Notes under the pieces: model-generated | Told to the model about the DNA's origin: nothing | What the model saw: only the letters and a program-made list of their open reading frames with translations | Database searches by the model: none | Source: Synechococcus sp. | GTDB lineage: Bacteria > Cyanobacteriota > Cyanobacteriia > Thermostichales > PCC-7336 | Assembly: GCA_051439605.1 (NCBI GenBank) | Contig: JBFRWN010000090.1 | Coordinates: forward strand, 1-16,647 | Direction: 5' to 3' | DNA length: 16,647 nt | Program-made: the position numbers and the translations under genes | In this document: positions 15,522 through 16,647 of the stretch, piece by piece | Layout: each line of letters starts with the position of its first letter | How positions within the stretch are numbered: position 1 is the first letter of the stretch

Positions 15522-16616
15522 ATGTTGCGAGCTGGAATTGTCGGACTGCCAAACGTCGGTAAATCCACCCTCTTTAATGCCCTGTGCGAAAATGCCAAGG
15601 CAGAAGCCGCCAATTTCCCCTTTTGCACCATCGAGCCCAACGTTGGTCTCGTATCCGTCCCCGATCCTAGATTGCAGGTGCTCTCAGACATCAGCAAGTC
15701 GAAACAGGTGGTTCCCAGCCGCATTGAATTCGTGGATATTGCCGGTTTAGTGGAAGGGGCCAGCCAGGGGCAGGGGCTCGGCAACCAGTTTTTATCCCAT
15801 ATTCGTCAAGTGGATGCGGTCGTACAAGTCGTGCGCTGCTTTGATGACCCCAACGTCGTTCACGTGTCTGGCTCCGTCGATCCCGTGCGGGATGCATCCA
15901 TTATTAATCTGGAGCTAGCTCTAGCTGACTTAGCACAAATTGAACGACGAATGGAACGCCTGCGTAAGCAGGCCAAGAGCGGCACCAAAGAAGCCAAAAT
16001 TGAAATGGAAGCATTGGAGAAACTTCAACAGGCACTAGATGAGGGATTACCCGCACGCGCGGTAGAGATGAGCGAGGAAGAAGATGCCCTGATTAAGTCG
16101 TTAGGCATGCTGACTCGCAAGCCAATTATCTATGCCGCAAACGTTTCTGAAGAGGAACTTTCCACGGGTAACGAGTACGTCGAAAAGGTGAAGGAGATGG
16201 CCGCTGCTGAAGGGGCAGGGGTAGTGACGATTTCTGCCCAGGTGGAAGCTGAGTTGATCGAGCTAGAAGAAGCAGAACGGCAAGACTTTTTGGAGTCATT
16301 GGGGGTGGAAGAGGGGGGACTGAAGTCTCTGATACGTGCCACCTACGAACTACTAGGGCTGCAGACTTATTTCACCTCTGGCGAAAAGGAAACCCGAGCC
16401 TGGACGATTCCTGCGGGTGCGACGGCTCCGCAAGCGGCTGGGGTCATTCACTCGGATTTTGAAAGAGGGTTTATTAAAGCGGAAACTGTTGCTTACTCAG
16501 ATTTGGTTCAAACCGGCTCGATGGCCAAAGCTAAAGAAAAAGGATTGGTTCGCAGTGAAGGGAAGGAATACATCGTCAGTGAAGGAGACGTAATTCTGTT
16601 CCGCTTTAACGTTTAG
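15522..16616 (+). CDS. ychF: Redox-regulated Obg-family ATPase YchF (364 aa)
   Basis: GIVGLPNVGKSTLFNAL, ANFPFCTIEPN, DIAGLVEGASQGQGLGNQFL, AAGVIHSDFERGFI, and the TGS C-terminus EGKEYIVSEGDVILFRFNV. Confidence 0.98.
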   Translation: MLRAGIVGLPNVGKSTLFNALCENAKAEAANFPFCTIEPNVGLVSVPDPRLQVLSDISKSKQVVPSRIEFVDIAGLVEGASQGQGLGNQFLSHIRQVDAVVQVVRCFDDPNVVHVSGSVDPVRDASIINLELALADLAQIERRMERLRKQAKSGTKEAKIEMEALEKLQQALDEGLPARAVEMSEEEDALIKSLGMLTRKPIIYAANVSEEELSTGNEYVEKVKEMAAAEGAGVVTISAQVEAELIELEEAERQDFLESLGVEEGGLKSLIRATYELLGLQTYFTSGEKETRAWTIPAGATAPQAAGVIHSDFERGFIKAETVAYSDLVQTGSMAKAKEKGLVRSEGKEYIVSEGDVILFRFNV

Positions 16617-16647
16617 CGATCGCCCAGCGTTCAGCGCTATTTCTATC

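Larger units (their letters stand above)
1865..16623. repeat. HIP1 octamer GCGATCGC, dispersed (about 23 copies)
   Basis: Manually located at 1865, 2066, 2963, 3106, 3671, 3962, 4835, 6854, 7166, 9443, 9488, 10205, 10378, 10829, 11978, 13292, 13322, 13927, 14039, 14173, 14268, 14958 and 16616. Random expectation is below 1 copy. Confidence 0.95.

Noticed and set aside
1..16647. CRISPR array, rRNA, transposase, prophage or known riboswitch
   Set aside because: No regularly spaced repeats or diagnostic motifs were seen. The structured regions did not match any riboswitch consensus I could recognise, and an Rfam scan would be needed to exclude one.

Overview
This is a cyanobacterial chromosomal window, identified by about 23 HIP1 GCGATCGC octamers (manual count) and by cyanobacterial-type sigF, fibrillin and DUF2997 genes. 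Gene order: the 5' part of a repetitive RTX-like Ca-binding surface protein gene (- strand, runs off the left edge, absent from the ORF track); an AT-rich intergenic region with a candidate 130-bp MITE and candidate regulator boxes; a DUF2330 exported protein; a Clp1-like polynucleotide kinase fused to an RNase Z-like metallo-beta-lactamase; a universal stress protein; a structured ~800-bp intergenic region with a promoter and an 18-codon ORF behind a perfect RBS; an SDR oxidoreductase; sigF; pbpC; tRNA-Asp(GTC); a conserved hypothetical gene; DUF2997; PAP/fibrillin; lipA; an EamA/DMT transporter; ychF. The most interesting items are (1) the Clp1-RNase Z fusion, a candidate single-chain RNA/tRNA end-healing enzyme, (2) a SigF/SigJ-type promoter (GTTTAA-N12-GGGAATACT) firing divergently from the sigF gene itself, and (3) a putative leader peptide or structured RNA upstream of the SDR gene. 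All calls come from reading motifs by eye; no database searches were run.
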